A stretch of 13,255 bases of DNA. Source: Ignisphaera sp. Its GTDB lineage: Archaea; Thermoproteota; Thermoprotei_A; Sulfolobales; Ignisphaeraceae. Of this stretch, positions 1-7,593 are shown piece after piece. Below the pieces are notes generated by a model. That model searched no databases, was not told the DNA's origin, and was given only the letters and a program-made list of their open reading frames with translations. The first letter of the stretch is position 1, and every line of letters begins with the position of its first letter. Location of the stretch: NCBI GenBank assembly GCA_038889075.1, contig JAWAHS010000021.1, forward strand, positions 1 through 13,255, given 5' to 3'. Made by a program: the position numbers and the translations under genes.

Positions 1-287
1 CATGATATGATGTAAAATAAAAGCTTGTATACTGATATTCTATTACTAATCAGCTATGTATTTGAATCGCAACCGCGATGCGTTAAATGCTTAAAACATC
101 ATGCTCATCGAAATCTATAGATGAATAGAAAGAAGGTTTCGTATCGGTAATAGAAGGTGGTGAAAATAGATCGTAAGTAGCCTATCAATTTTGGAAAATA
201 CTATAGTAATCAGTCCATGGATGAGGATAAGATTTTTATACATCTTTTTAATAACTCTAGTTTCACTAAAAGGGGTGGGTTTCGTAG

Positions 288-1721
288 TTGGTTTCATCAA
301 ATATCGAGAGGTATAGGGACTCTATTGTTTCAGGGCCTATATTATCAACCATGCTACGGCTAGGCTTGCCGCTAATGTTTACGGATATTATAATGCTTAT
401 GTATAATATTGCAGACACCTATTGGTTGAGCAGATACAGCCAGTATGCTCTTGCTGTCCCTAGACAGAATTGGCCTATTTTCTTAGTTTTCATATCCATA
501 CTAATAGGCGTTACGAACGCCAATCTAGCAATACTCTCTCAATATGTTGGAGCCAAAATGTTTAACAAGGTTAGCGAAATTTCATCGAAATTATTTACCC
601 TATGCATAGTTATATCTACGGCTCTATTTCTATTGTATGAATCTCTAAAGTTTCACATTTTTTCCTACATTATTAGAACCCCGGCTGAGATTCTGAGAGA
701 TGTTCTAGACTATGCAGAGGTCATAGCCCTTGATATAATAGCCTTTGGAATCGGCATGTCGCTATCAACTATGATGCAGTCATTTGGCGATACACGGACA
801 CCCGCTATTACCATGGGAATTGGGGCATTGATAAACGCCGTACTCGATCCTATATTTATTGTAGGTCTAGGTCCTATACCTGCTATGGGTGCTCGTGGTG
901 CTGCAATAGCCACAATCATTACAAGACTCTTTGCCAGTACAATCATTTTTAACATTATGAGGGTAAGGTATCCTGAGATAAAGATAAGGCTTACACGCAA
1001 GCTTGATAGAGAATGGCTTCTCCTTAGCCTAAAAATAGGAATACCAGTCACTATAATGACAATATCAGATGGGTTTGCATTTACATTTCAGCAAGCATTG
1101 GTCAACATGTTTGGAGTTGTAATAGCCACAGCATTCGCGATCGGGTTCATGGTTCTAGATATGGCAAATGCTATACTCAGAGGGTTCACCATGTCTATAA
1201 GTATAATGGTGGGACAGAACCTTGGAGCAGGGAATCCCTCTCGTGCCCGCAAAATAGCGTTAACAGCAGCACACACTATAATGCTCTTTGTTTTCACAGG
1301 TTCTATACTCGTATATCTTGCAAGGGGATATCTAATTGCAGTCTTTACAAGTGATAGCACCATAGCATTGGAGGCAGAGAAGCTGGTAACAACAATAGCC
1401 TGGATCCTACCAATGATGATGTTATCCTTTCTCGGAATGTCTGTAGGTAGAGGTTCTGGACGTACAGTAGTACCAACAGTAGTAAATGTAGTAAGATTCT
1501 GGATTATCAGAATAGGTCTTGGATGGTCACTAGCAGTAGCTGTAGGACTTGGTGTGGTAGGATTATGGATAGCCATAGCACTCTCTGAAATAGTCGGTGG
1601 AACCATTTCATATACATGGATTAGAAGAGGTAGATGGACAAAACCAGTAATAAAACAACAGCCCCAGCTAATTAAAACACGAGAAACCATAGAAATACGT
1701 AAAAAGATCGCCATAGATTAG
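288..1721 (+). CDS. MATE family multidrug/toxic compound efflux transporter (477 aa)
   Basis: About 12 hydrophobic segments in two repeated halves. MATE signatures include 'YNIADTYW', 'LSQYVGA', 'GDTRTP', 'NAVLDPIFI', 'MGARGAAIAT', 'VGQNLGAG' and 'GVVGLWIA'. The N-lobe Asp pair (ADT, LDP) resembles that of DinF/PfMATE-type proteins. TTG start with SD-like GGGGTGGG at 272-279. Confidence 0.95.
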   Translation: MVSSNIERYRDSIVSGPILSTMLRLGLPLMFTDIIMLMYNIADTYWLSRYSQYALAVPRQNWPIFLVFISILIGVTNANLAILSQYVGAKMFNKVSEISSKLFTLCIVISTALFLLYESLKFHIFSYIIRTPAEILRDVLDYAEVIALDIIAFGIGMSLSTMMQSFGDTRTPAITMGIGALINAVLDPIFIVGLGPIPAMGARGAAIATIITRLFASTIIFNIMRVRYPEIKIRLTRKLDREWLLLSLKIGIPVTIMTISDGFAFTFQQALVNMFGVVIATAFAIGFMVLDMANAILRGFTMSISIMVGQNLGAGNPSRARKIALTAAHTIMLFVFTGSILVYLARGYLIAVFTSDSTIALEAEKLVTTIAWILPMMMLSFLGMSVGRGSGRTVVPTVVNVVRFWIIRIGLGWSLAVAVGLGVVGLWIAIALSEIVGGTISYTWIRRGRWTKPVIKQQPQLIKTRETIEIRKKIAID

Positions 1722-1916
1722 AAAAAGATGCCAGAAATAATAAAATCATGAAAAATTCTGCACGCTCACTCTATATAGAACTCTTTACACCTTAAACTAC
1801 ACTATCGTGAAGTACAGGGGAGCCCAGCTTACTATACAATCATAAAGCAGATGCCATATTTTTACTATTTAGATTAAAAATATTTTAAATATAGTATTTT
1901 AAGCTACAGCATATCC

Positions 1917-4148
1917 CTAGCCAAATTTTATTTCTTCTTCAACTCTTCCTATATCTATATCATAGATCTTTATTGCCGTACCTGATACTAGGTAGAGTTT
2001 ACTATCTATGTATACAGATCTTAGAGGATTGCTATGGTCAACGATGTTCTCTAAACCAAGCTCAGCATCTGTATAATTGACTAATATGAAACCTTGTTTA
2101 ATTCCGTAGCCCATATAGACCGGTATTACCACCTTATTCCTAGTAGGATATATGGTAACCGCATGATGGTCCTGTAGAACTGGCGACCATGTATTACCTA
2201 TCTTTATCATCGATATCTCAGCCATATCTTTCGGATTTGAAACATTGAATAGCGATATCTTTAGTGCACCATCCTCAACACCTATTCCAAGTAGTACATC
2301 CCCTGATAGTGGATGTAGATATTCACTAAACCCAGGTATCTTCAGATACCCTAAAACCATCGGATTAGCTGGATCGGTTATGTCTATTGCAAATAGTGGA
2401 TCTACTTGTCTAAATGTCACTAGGAAGAATACGTTCTTTACCAGCCTAGCAGCATATATTCTTTCACCCTCCGCAAGATCCTTTAATACACCAACGATTT
2501 TCAGATTCCTTATATCCACCATATATACGTTATTTGATGTTGATGTCGAAGCAAATACGGGGAATACTCCTATACGGCCAGTTGTACTAACATTCTTTTC
2601 AATAGTTATTGTTGTAGTTGTACACTTGGAGTTGGAACACACTACAATTTCAACATCTCTATACATTGGCGGAGCTACTATACGGTACTCCGAAATCTCA
2701 TATTTAACAGTTTGTTTAGTAGATGTTGTAGCAACTATAAAGTATCCATCTCTATACTCCTCCATACAGAATTGGTCAAGTAGAGAACCATTTACTGTAA
2801 ACGTGCCTTTATAACTAATTGCAGAACCATTAATCTCATATACATAGAAGCGTGTTGCATCAACATAGCTATAGCCTATCTTATCAAGTTCGCGATTTAT
2901 TTTTTCAATGATGCTGAGAGCCTCCTTATAGTCTAGTGAGGATAGATAGTCTATAATATAGCTGTATGCTTTTGAATAGTTGCCCTCTTTCATGTACCTA
3001 CTGACGGTTTCCGATATATCGCTGGGTAGGTATTTTAGTGAGATTTCAATAAATTTAAGTACAGTATAGAGATATAGTTCTTGATAGGATGCTATAGGCG
3101 TTGCTATATATAGGTTATTGCTTCTAGACATGTATATTCTAAAGCCGTAGCTAGTCATGTAGGCCGTAGCTCTGTATTCTAATGACTCCAAATCGATGGC
3201 AAGTATTATTGTGTAGACAGTTGGTAGCTCATCTATAGCTGTAATACTACTTGGATCAATGGGAGCCCCATCTATAAGAGGTACTATGTAGTTGCCGTCA
3301 TCGCCATAGATGTTCTCGGTGGCTACTATATACAGGTATCCATCTGATAGTCTTGAATCAAGATAGGACCCAGATGCACTTATATTTCTAAGTAGTGTAG
3401 GACTATAGATTTCAGATATATCAAATATATAAACATTTGATAGCTCTAAATTCCTCTTAAACTCAAATTTAACCGAAGAGTTTTCCAGTCTTAATTGAAG
3501 GGCAGATTTGATAATGTAGGGGGATGATGTGATTACTATAAGTCTATCTCCATATAGATACAACCCTCTAATAATGGTATAGCTCTCAGATGTAGCTGCA
3601 GTAATGTTTATTACTGATGATATCCTCTTATTTAAAACATCAAAAATGTAGATCCTATTCTGTGATGCTATGATAATAACTTTGTCACTGTTTTTAACAA
3701 TATCAGCTTCGTCTACACCCTCTACCTGAACATTAGTTCTAGATACGGTAGTAGCCAAATACACGGTTTCCGATTTTTCTCGGGCTAGTGGGACTGGAGC
3801 TGGTATTGAAGCTGGGATAGCAATAGGGATTGTAGTAAATATATTGGAGTAGCCGAGCATGGGTGAAAGGATTTGCTGTACCTCCGTCAACATCTTTCTA
3901 TTGTTTTCAAGAAATTTTATTACATTTCCATATTCTTCTCCGAGGAGTATATACCCAGGTTCGGCAGTCTTACTTATGGGTGTTGTAGTTATAGTTACAG
4001 TTACGTACTTATGTACCTTCTCTGGCACCACTACCGTAGTTATGGAGCCTATCTGTTTCTTGGATACATCCAAATACCCTATAATTATAGGTAGTGCGAT
4101 GCCTACCACTAGTATTAGTATGGATAACACATAGATTCTACTACTCAT
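1917..4148 (-). CDS. Membrane-anchored/secreted beta-propeller domain protein (Beta_propel PF09826 / COG4880-like), function unknown
   Basis: N-terminal hydrophobic anchor (IYVLSILILVVGIALPIIIGY) followed by Thr-rich and Pro/Ala-rich linkers. Family hallmarks are 'RTNVQVEGVDEADIVK', 'GERIYAAR' and 'TFRQVDPLFAIDITDPANPMVLGYLKIPGFSEYLHP'. The ORF is open to TTG at 4160, but ATG at 4148 has SD-like GGTGG just upstream and is preferred. Confidence 0.88.
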   Translation of the reverse strand: MSSRIYVLSILILVVGIALPIIIGYLDVSKKQIGSITTVVVPEKVHKYVTVTITTTPISKTAEPGYILLGEEYGNVIKFLENNRKMLTEVQQILSPMLGYSNIFTTIPIAIPASIPAPVPLAREKSETVYLATTVSRTNVQVEGVDEADIVKNSDKVIIIASQNRIYIFDVLNKRISSVINITAATSESYTIIRGLYLYGDRLIVITSSPYIIKSALQLRLENSSVKFEFKRNLELSNVYIFDISEIYSPTLLRNISASGSYLDSRLSDGYLYIVATENIYGDDGNYIVPLIDGAPIDPSSITAIDELPTVYTIILAIDLESLEYRATAYMTSYGFRIYMSRSNNLYIATPIASYQELYLYTVLKFIEISLKYLPSDISETVSRYMKEGNYSKAYSYIIDYLSSLDYKEALSIIEKINRELDKIGYSYVDATRFYVYEINGSAISYKGTFTVNGSLLDQFCMEEYRDGYFIVATTSTKQTVKYEISEYRIVAPPMYRDVEIVVCSNSKCTTTTITIEKNVSTTGRIGVFPVFASTSTSNNVYMVDIRNLKIVGVLKDLAEGERIYAARLVKNVFFLVTFRQVDPLFAIDITDPANPMVLGYLKIPGFSEYLHPLSGDVLLGIGVEDGALKISLFNVSNPKDMAEISMIKIGNTWSPVLQDHHAVTIYPTRNKVVIPVYMGYGIKQGFILVNYTDAELGLENIVDHSNPLRSVYIDSKLYLVSGTAIKIYDIDIGRVEEEIKFG

Positions 4149-4218
4149 TTTTTCCACCAATTAATGCTACATCATGTTAGTAGAGCTTATAGCGTTGCTC
4201 CTTGAACAATCCGTGCAA

Positions 4219-4230
4219 GTGTTCGAACAC
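4219..4230. promoter_or_regulatory. Perfect 12-bp palindrome GTGTTCGAACAC, putative operator in a divergent promoter region
   Basis: The sequence is its own reverse complement. It lies between TATA-like elements on the - strand (CTATAAGC, about 4185-4192) and + strand (TTTTATAG, 4238-4245), next to a wHTH regulator gene. Confidence 0.55.
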
Positions 4231-4280
4231 AGCAACATTTTATAGCAGAAGTAGCCGAGTACTCTTTTAGTGATAAAGCT

Positions 4281-4718
4281 ATGGCAGATCCCCTAGAGGA
4301 GCTAAGCGATATTGCTGCCAAGATATATATCCATCTCTTGGTGTCAAGGGAGTCAAAGGGTGTTAGGGAAATTTCAAGAGAACTTGGAATACCTGTTAGC
4401 ACTGTGCATTATAATATTAAGAGGCTTGAGGAGAAGGGTCTTGTGAAAAGGGATAATGGTGGATATGCGATTGCTGTGGTTATTCCATTAAGTGGCTTTG
4501 TTGTTTTAGGTAAGAAGCTTATACATAAATTTCTTCTGTACTCTATATTTTTCTTAGGGATACTAATAGGGGAGATAATTAGAGTAGCTCTATTCAATAT
4601 AGGCTTAGAAAACTCTATACTGACCATTATTGTATCGTTTACAGGTTTCGGTCTATTTCTATATGAAGCTCTAAAAGTATACGGACGGATAATGGCTACA
4701 TCTAGCCAGTATGGATAG
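4281..4718 (+). CDS. Winged helix-turn-helix transcriptional regulator (TrmB/ArsR-like HTH) with two C-terminal transmembrane helices
   Basis: 'AAKIYIHLLVSRESKGVREISRELGIPVSTVHYNIKRLEEKGLV' is a typical archaeal wHTH. It is followed by two hydrophobic spans, FLLYSIFFLGILIGEIIRVALF and ILTIIVSFTGFGLFLYEAL. Confidence 0.88.
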   Translation: MADPLEELSDIAAKIYIHLLVSRESKGVREISRELGIPVSTVHYNIKRLEEKGLVKRDNGGYAIAVVIPLSGFVVLGKKLIHKFLLYSIFFLGILIGEIIRVALFNIGLENSILTIIVSFTGFGLFLYEALKVYGRIMATSSQYG

Positions 4719-4745
4719 CTTGGGCTGAAGGTATTTTACTGGTAA

Positions 4746-4753
4746 TTTATAAG
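4746..4753 (+). promoter_or_regulatory. Putative archaeal TATA box for the 4800..5120 gene
   Basis: TTTATAAG in the 81-bp intergenic gap, about 47 bp upstream of the ATG. An SD-like GGGGT lies just before the start. Confidence 0.4.
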
Positions 4754-4799
4754 AGTTCTTAGCACTCTACTAAAATAGAATACAGATGGGGTTGTATGT

Positions 4800-5120
4800 A
4801 TGTCCTATGGATGGGAGGCTAGATGGGTTAGAAGAAAGTTTAAGATGGCTGAAGGTATAGAGGTGGAAACATGCTACGATCTTACATCATCGCTTATACT
4901 CTGTCCACTTTGTATCAACATCTCAAAAGTGTGTCCGAGTTCCACCGAGCCATCGGCAACGCTAGTATCGGGTGCTATGTACTTTTTCTCTCCCGAGGAT
5001 CTATTCCACCATATGCGTGCACATGCTAGAATGAGTGAATGGAGCAAGGCTTACGTGGTAAGTGAGGAGGAAGAGGAACTCGTTGAGGAAGAGGAGGAAG
5101 AGGAAGATTTATCTACATAA
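4800..5120 (+). CDS. Small hypothetical protein with a C2H2-like zinc-finger motif and poly-Glu tail (106 aa)
   Basis: CPLC ... F-x5-L-x2-H-x3-H (FFSPEDLFHHMRAH), with C-terminal EEEEELVEEEEEEED. It fills the gap between neighbouring genes and overlaps the aglB 3' end by 12 bp. Confidence 0.8.
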   Translation: MSYGWEARWVRRKFKMAEGIEVETCYDLTSSLILCPLCINISKVCPSSTEPSATLVSGAMYFFSPEDLFHHMRAHARMSEWSKAYVVSEEEEELVEEEEEEEDLST

Positions 5121-7529
5121 ATTCTCCAAAACCTCTCCCTTCAGCTTTAATAGCGAGACTACTATATATCTATTGAAGTTACTTCCAAGTACAAGCGGCT
5201 GCGATACACCTACATAAGCTATATCAAAGAGCTCCTGTTCAACGCTGGTCACATCGATAGATCCTGCAATCAACGATGATATATCTATGTACGTCTGTAG
5301 CCTACCCTGTTGATCAACTCCATAGCTTATAAGCCACGGAACTATCCTTATATCAAGACCAGGATAGAGCTTCTCAAGAGTTTTTAGCACAGACCACGCA
5401 AATAGCCTCGGCATTGTTGCATTTAAAATGGTTTCCGAGTTCCAGTTAAGTCCTATTGCAAGATCTAGGGGTTTGGAGCTCTGTCCGATGGTTATTGACT
5501 TATTTACAATCCACTTATTACTTAAGATTTTCTCCGTTGCATACATATAGTAGGGGCTTTGATAGCTCTGAATTACTGTGAAAGGTGCTTCAGAGACTCT
5601 TTCATGTGTTGCTAAGTAGACTATAGCGCTTACGAATTTTGCTATATCGCCAAACCCTGCAGGGTGTATTGGAAAAGCAGCGTATACATTGCCATTAGCT
5701 GTAGCATATACATCCACAGGACTGAATACAACTACGTAGACCTCATCCTTCTTACACGCTCCAAAGTAGTTTTTGAGATACTGTAGAGATTCATTTATGT
5801 TACCTGTAAAGAACTGTGCCAATAACTCTATCTTTCTACTATCTATTGTTGCTCCATCGGCTAATGTAGTCCTTCTAGCAATACCTGTAAGCCAGTATCC
5901 ATAGTCCCACCAGCTTATAATAAGGGAATTTGCAGATGTATTCATTTTAATAAAGTTTAGTACGTCAAGCCATACTGTTGTAGGAATGATGAACCCTTCC
6001 GCTCTTGAAACCATTGTGTATGTGTAGTAATATGTTGTATGTTCATCATATGCTACTAGTGTGGAGGGGATTCCAACCGATATAGCGAGAAGGAGAGCTA
6101 CTACTTGGGTAAAGCCATATCTCAACCTAGCCAAACGTCCTAGTCTGATGATTGTTGGTTTAGAGTAGCGTAGTAGTGATCCCATTGTACACCCGATTAG
6201 AATAGAGGTTGCTAGCTTGGTATAGTCTGAAAAATATGCTGTATTGTATGTTGCAAACCATGCTAAAAAGAACCATGCAGCTATAGTCACCGGCACCATA
6301 TTTCGGTTTTTCAACAACTCATATACAGCTATAGGTATGTATATGAATACCAGTGTAAGAATTCCAAGTAGCATATATGTAGGTAAACCACCGAGAGATC
6401 CGGGCTGGTACTGGGCTACAGTTTCCGCTAAGCCAGGCGGTCTGATACCTAGACCAAGCAAAATCTTTCCAGCTACTGGTAGAATACTTGTAAGTGCTTC
6501 TAGAAAGCCTGGAACAGCTCTAGCTAATACAATGGTAGCCATGCCGATTACAATTACTGTAACTAGCGAGTAGATATAGATTTTCACAGCTCTAGCTCTA
6601 CCTAAGAGGTGGTGTAGCAGTAATGCATATCCAAAGATTAGAAACGCTGCTATAAATGATAGAACCAGCACCAGCCTTCCTCCATGGTAGGAAGGTATTG
6701 TATACATTACTATAGCGGGTACCAGGGTCTCTATAGCAAAGCCTACACCATGCTTTCCCCATGCATCACGCTTCGATAAATCTATGAGAAGCGGTGATAA
6801 AATCAACGCTGTATAGATGGGTATTGCCGTGAGACCTATACCAGTCCAGGTAGAAGCTGAATAACTTAACGCTAAGGCTGCTATGACGAAGTCTGTGTAG
6901 CTACCCCGTTTAAAGGCTCTTAGATGTAGCCATAGAACTAGAGGGGCTGTAAATATTCCAAAGGTATACTTAACAGTAAAGCCGGCTACCTCCCTGCTTA
7001 TAAAGAAGAGTGAATACATTAGTGAAGCAACAATAGCACCAACCTTACTATTTGTAGCCTCATTTACAGCTAGTGCAATAAATATTGTAGCTAGTAGTGC
7101 AAGTGTAGGTGGTATAAATGACATTAGATCCCATAGATCTACGCCAAGTGGTTTTACCAAGGTATATAGGAAATATATCGTGTAGATATGCCCTGGCAAC
7201 TCAGACGAGTATATGGATCTGCACGACGGATACCAGAAGATGCACGTTATCGTGTTCGAAGCCGATAGCTCAAACCATGACAGAGGGCCATGTTTATCTA
7301 AGTATTCTACAACCCAATGGTTAAAGAATGGATCGAGTTCGTCAAGTTTGGCCTCCGGATACAGAGCTCCTATACCTGAACCAACAACATTTACATACTG
7401 TTGCATTCTTAGCCAAAAAGCTAACATCGATATCAATAGAATGAGTATCGAGGCTATTATTCTAGAATGCTTGTTCCAAAATTCTTCGATAGAGCCTATG
7501 CTCATCATCGGTAATTTCATGGTGGCCAC
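5109..7529 (-). CDS. aglB: Oligosaccharyltransferase STT3/AglB family protein (806 aa)
   Basis: Multi-TM N-terminal region with 'ELDPFFN'. The C-terminal soluble domain has 'SWWDYGYW' (WWDYGY at 5895-5912), 'TLADGAT' and DK-motif-like 'GDIAKF'. GTG start at 7529 or ATG at 7520. Some catalytic motifs are atypical (see findings). Confidence 0.92.
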   Translation of the reverse strand: MATMKLPMMSIGSIEEFWNKHSRIIASILILLISMLAFWLRMQQYVNVVGSGIGALYPEAKLDELDPFFNHWVVEYLDKHGPLSWFELSASNTITCIFWYPSCRSIYSSELPGHIYTIYFLYTLVKPLGVDLWDLMSFIPPTLALLATIFIALAVNEATNSKVGAIVASLMYSLFFISREVAGFTVKYTFGIFTAPLVLWLHLRAFKRGSYTDFVIAALALSYSASTWTGIGLTAIPIYTALILSPLLIDLSKRDAWGKHGVGFAIETLVPAIVMYTIPSYHGGRLVLVLSFIAAFLIFGYALLLHHLLGRARAVKIYIYSLVTVIVIGMATIVLARAVPGFLEALTSILPVAGKILLGLGIRPPGLAETVAQYQPGSLGGLPTYMLLGILTLVFIYIPIAVYELLKNRNMVPVTIAAWFFLAWFATYNTAYFSDYTKLATSILIGCTMGSLLRYSKPTIIRLGRLARLRYGFTQVVALLLAISVGIPSTLVAYDEHTTYYYTYTMVSRAEGFIIPTTVWLDVLNFIKMNTSANSLIISWWDYGYWLTGIARRTTLADGATIDSRKIELLAQFFTGNINESLQYLKNYFGACKKDEVYVVVFSPVDVYATANGNVYAAFPIHPAGFGDIAKFVSAIVYLATHERVSEAPFTVIQSYQSPYYMYATEKILSNKWIVNKSITIGQSSKPLDLAIGLNWNSETILNATMPRLFAWSVLKTLEKLYPGLDIRIVPWLISYGVDQQGRLQTYIDISSLIAGSIDVTSVEQELFDIAYVGVSQPLVLGSNFNRYIVVSLLKLKGEVLENLCR

Positions 7530-7593
7530 TAGAATATGTGGTTAAGATAAGTATTCAAAAGCTTTACGCTCAAATGGATCAGTTCATCCAATT

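Noticed and set aside
1-110. C/D-box-like words (ATGATG...CTGA on both strands) and a small hairpin ATCGC-AACC-GCGAT at 66-79
   Set aside because: Box C is imperfect and there is no credible internal D'/C' pair; a 5-bp stem is expected by chance.
115-300. 61-aa ORF on the - strand
   Set aside because: It has no recognisable motif, overlaps the MATE start and promoter, and looks like translated AT-rich intergenic DNA.
710-1714. Antisense ORFs 710..1051 and 1088..1714
   Set aside because: They are shadows of the MATE coding strand with no independent protein features.
288-1721. MATE gene as the N-glycan flippase (MOP superfamily) serving aglB
   Set aside because: Its motifs match drug/cation antiporter MATEs rather than Wzx/AglR/MurJ-type flippases, so the assignment cannot be supported from sequence.
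1726-1856. MITE or IS remnant suggested by the 8-bp direct repeat
   Set aside because: There are no terminal inverted repeats inside the direct repeats and no transposase in the window.
2245-4134. + strand ORFs 2245..2814, 3859..4134 and 3873..4094
   Set aside because: They are antisense to the well-supported beta-propeller gene and show no motifs.
4187-4627. - strand ORFs 4187..4402 and 4409..4627
   Set aside because: They are antisense shadows of the wHTH regulator gene.
7252-7263. GTGTTCGAAGCC, a 10/12 match to the 4219-4230 palindrome
   Set aside because: It lies about 270 bp inside the aglB coding sequence, away from any promoter. It is probably chance, although worth including in a ChIP check.
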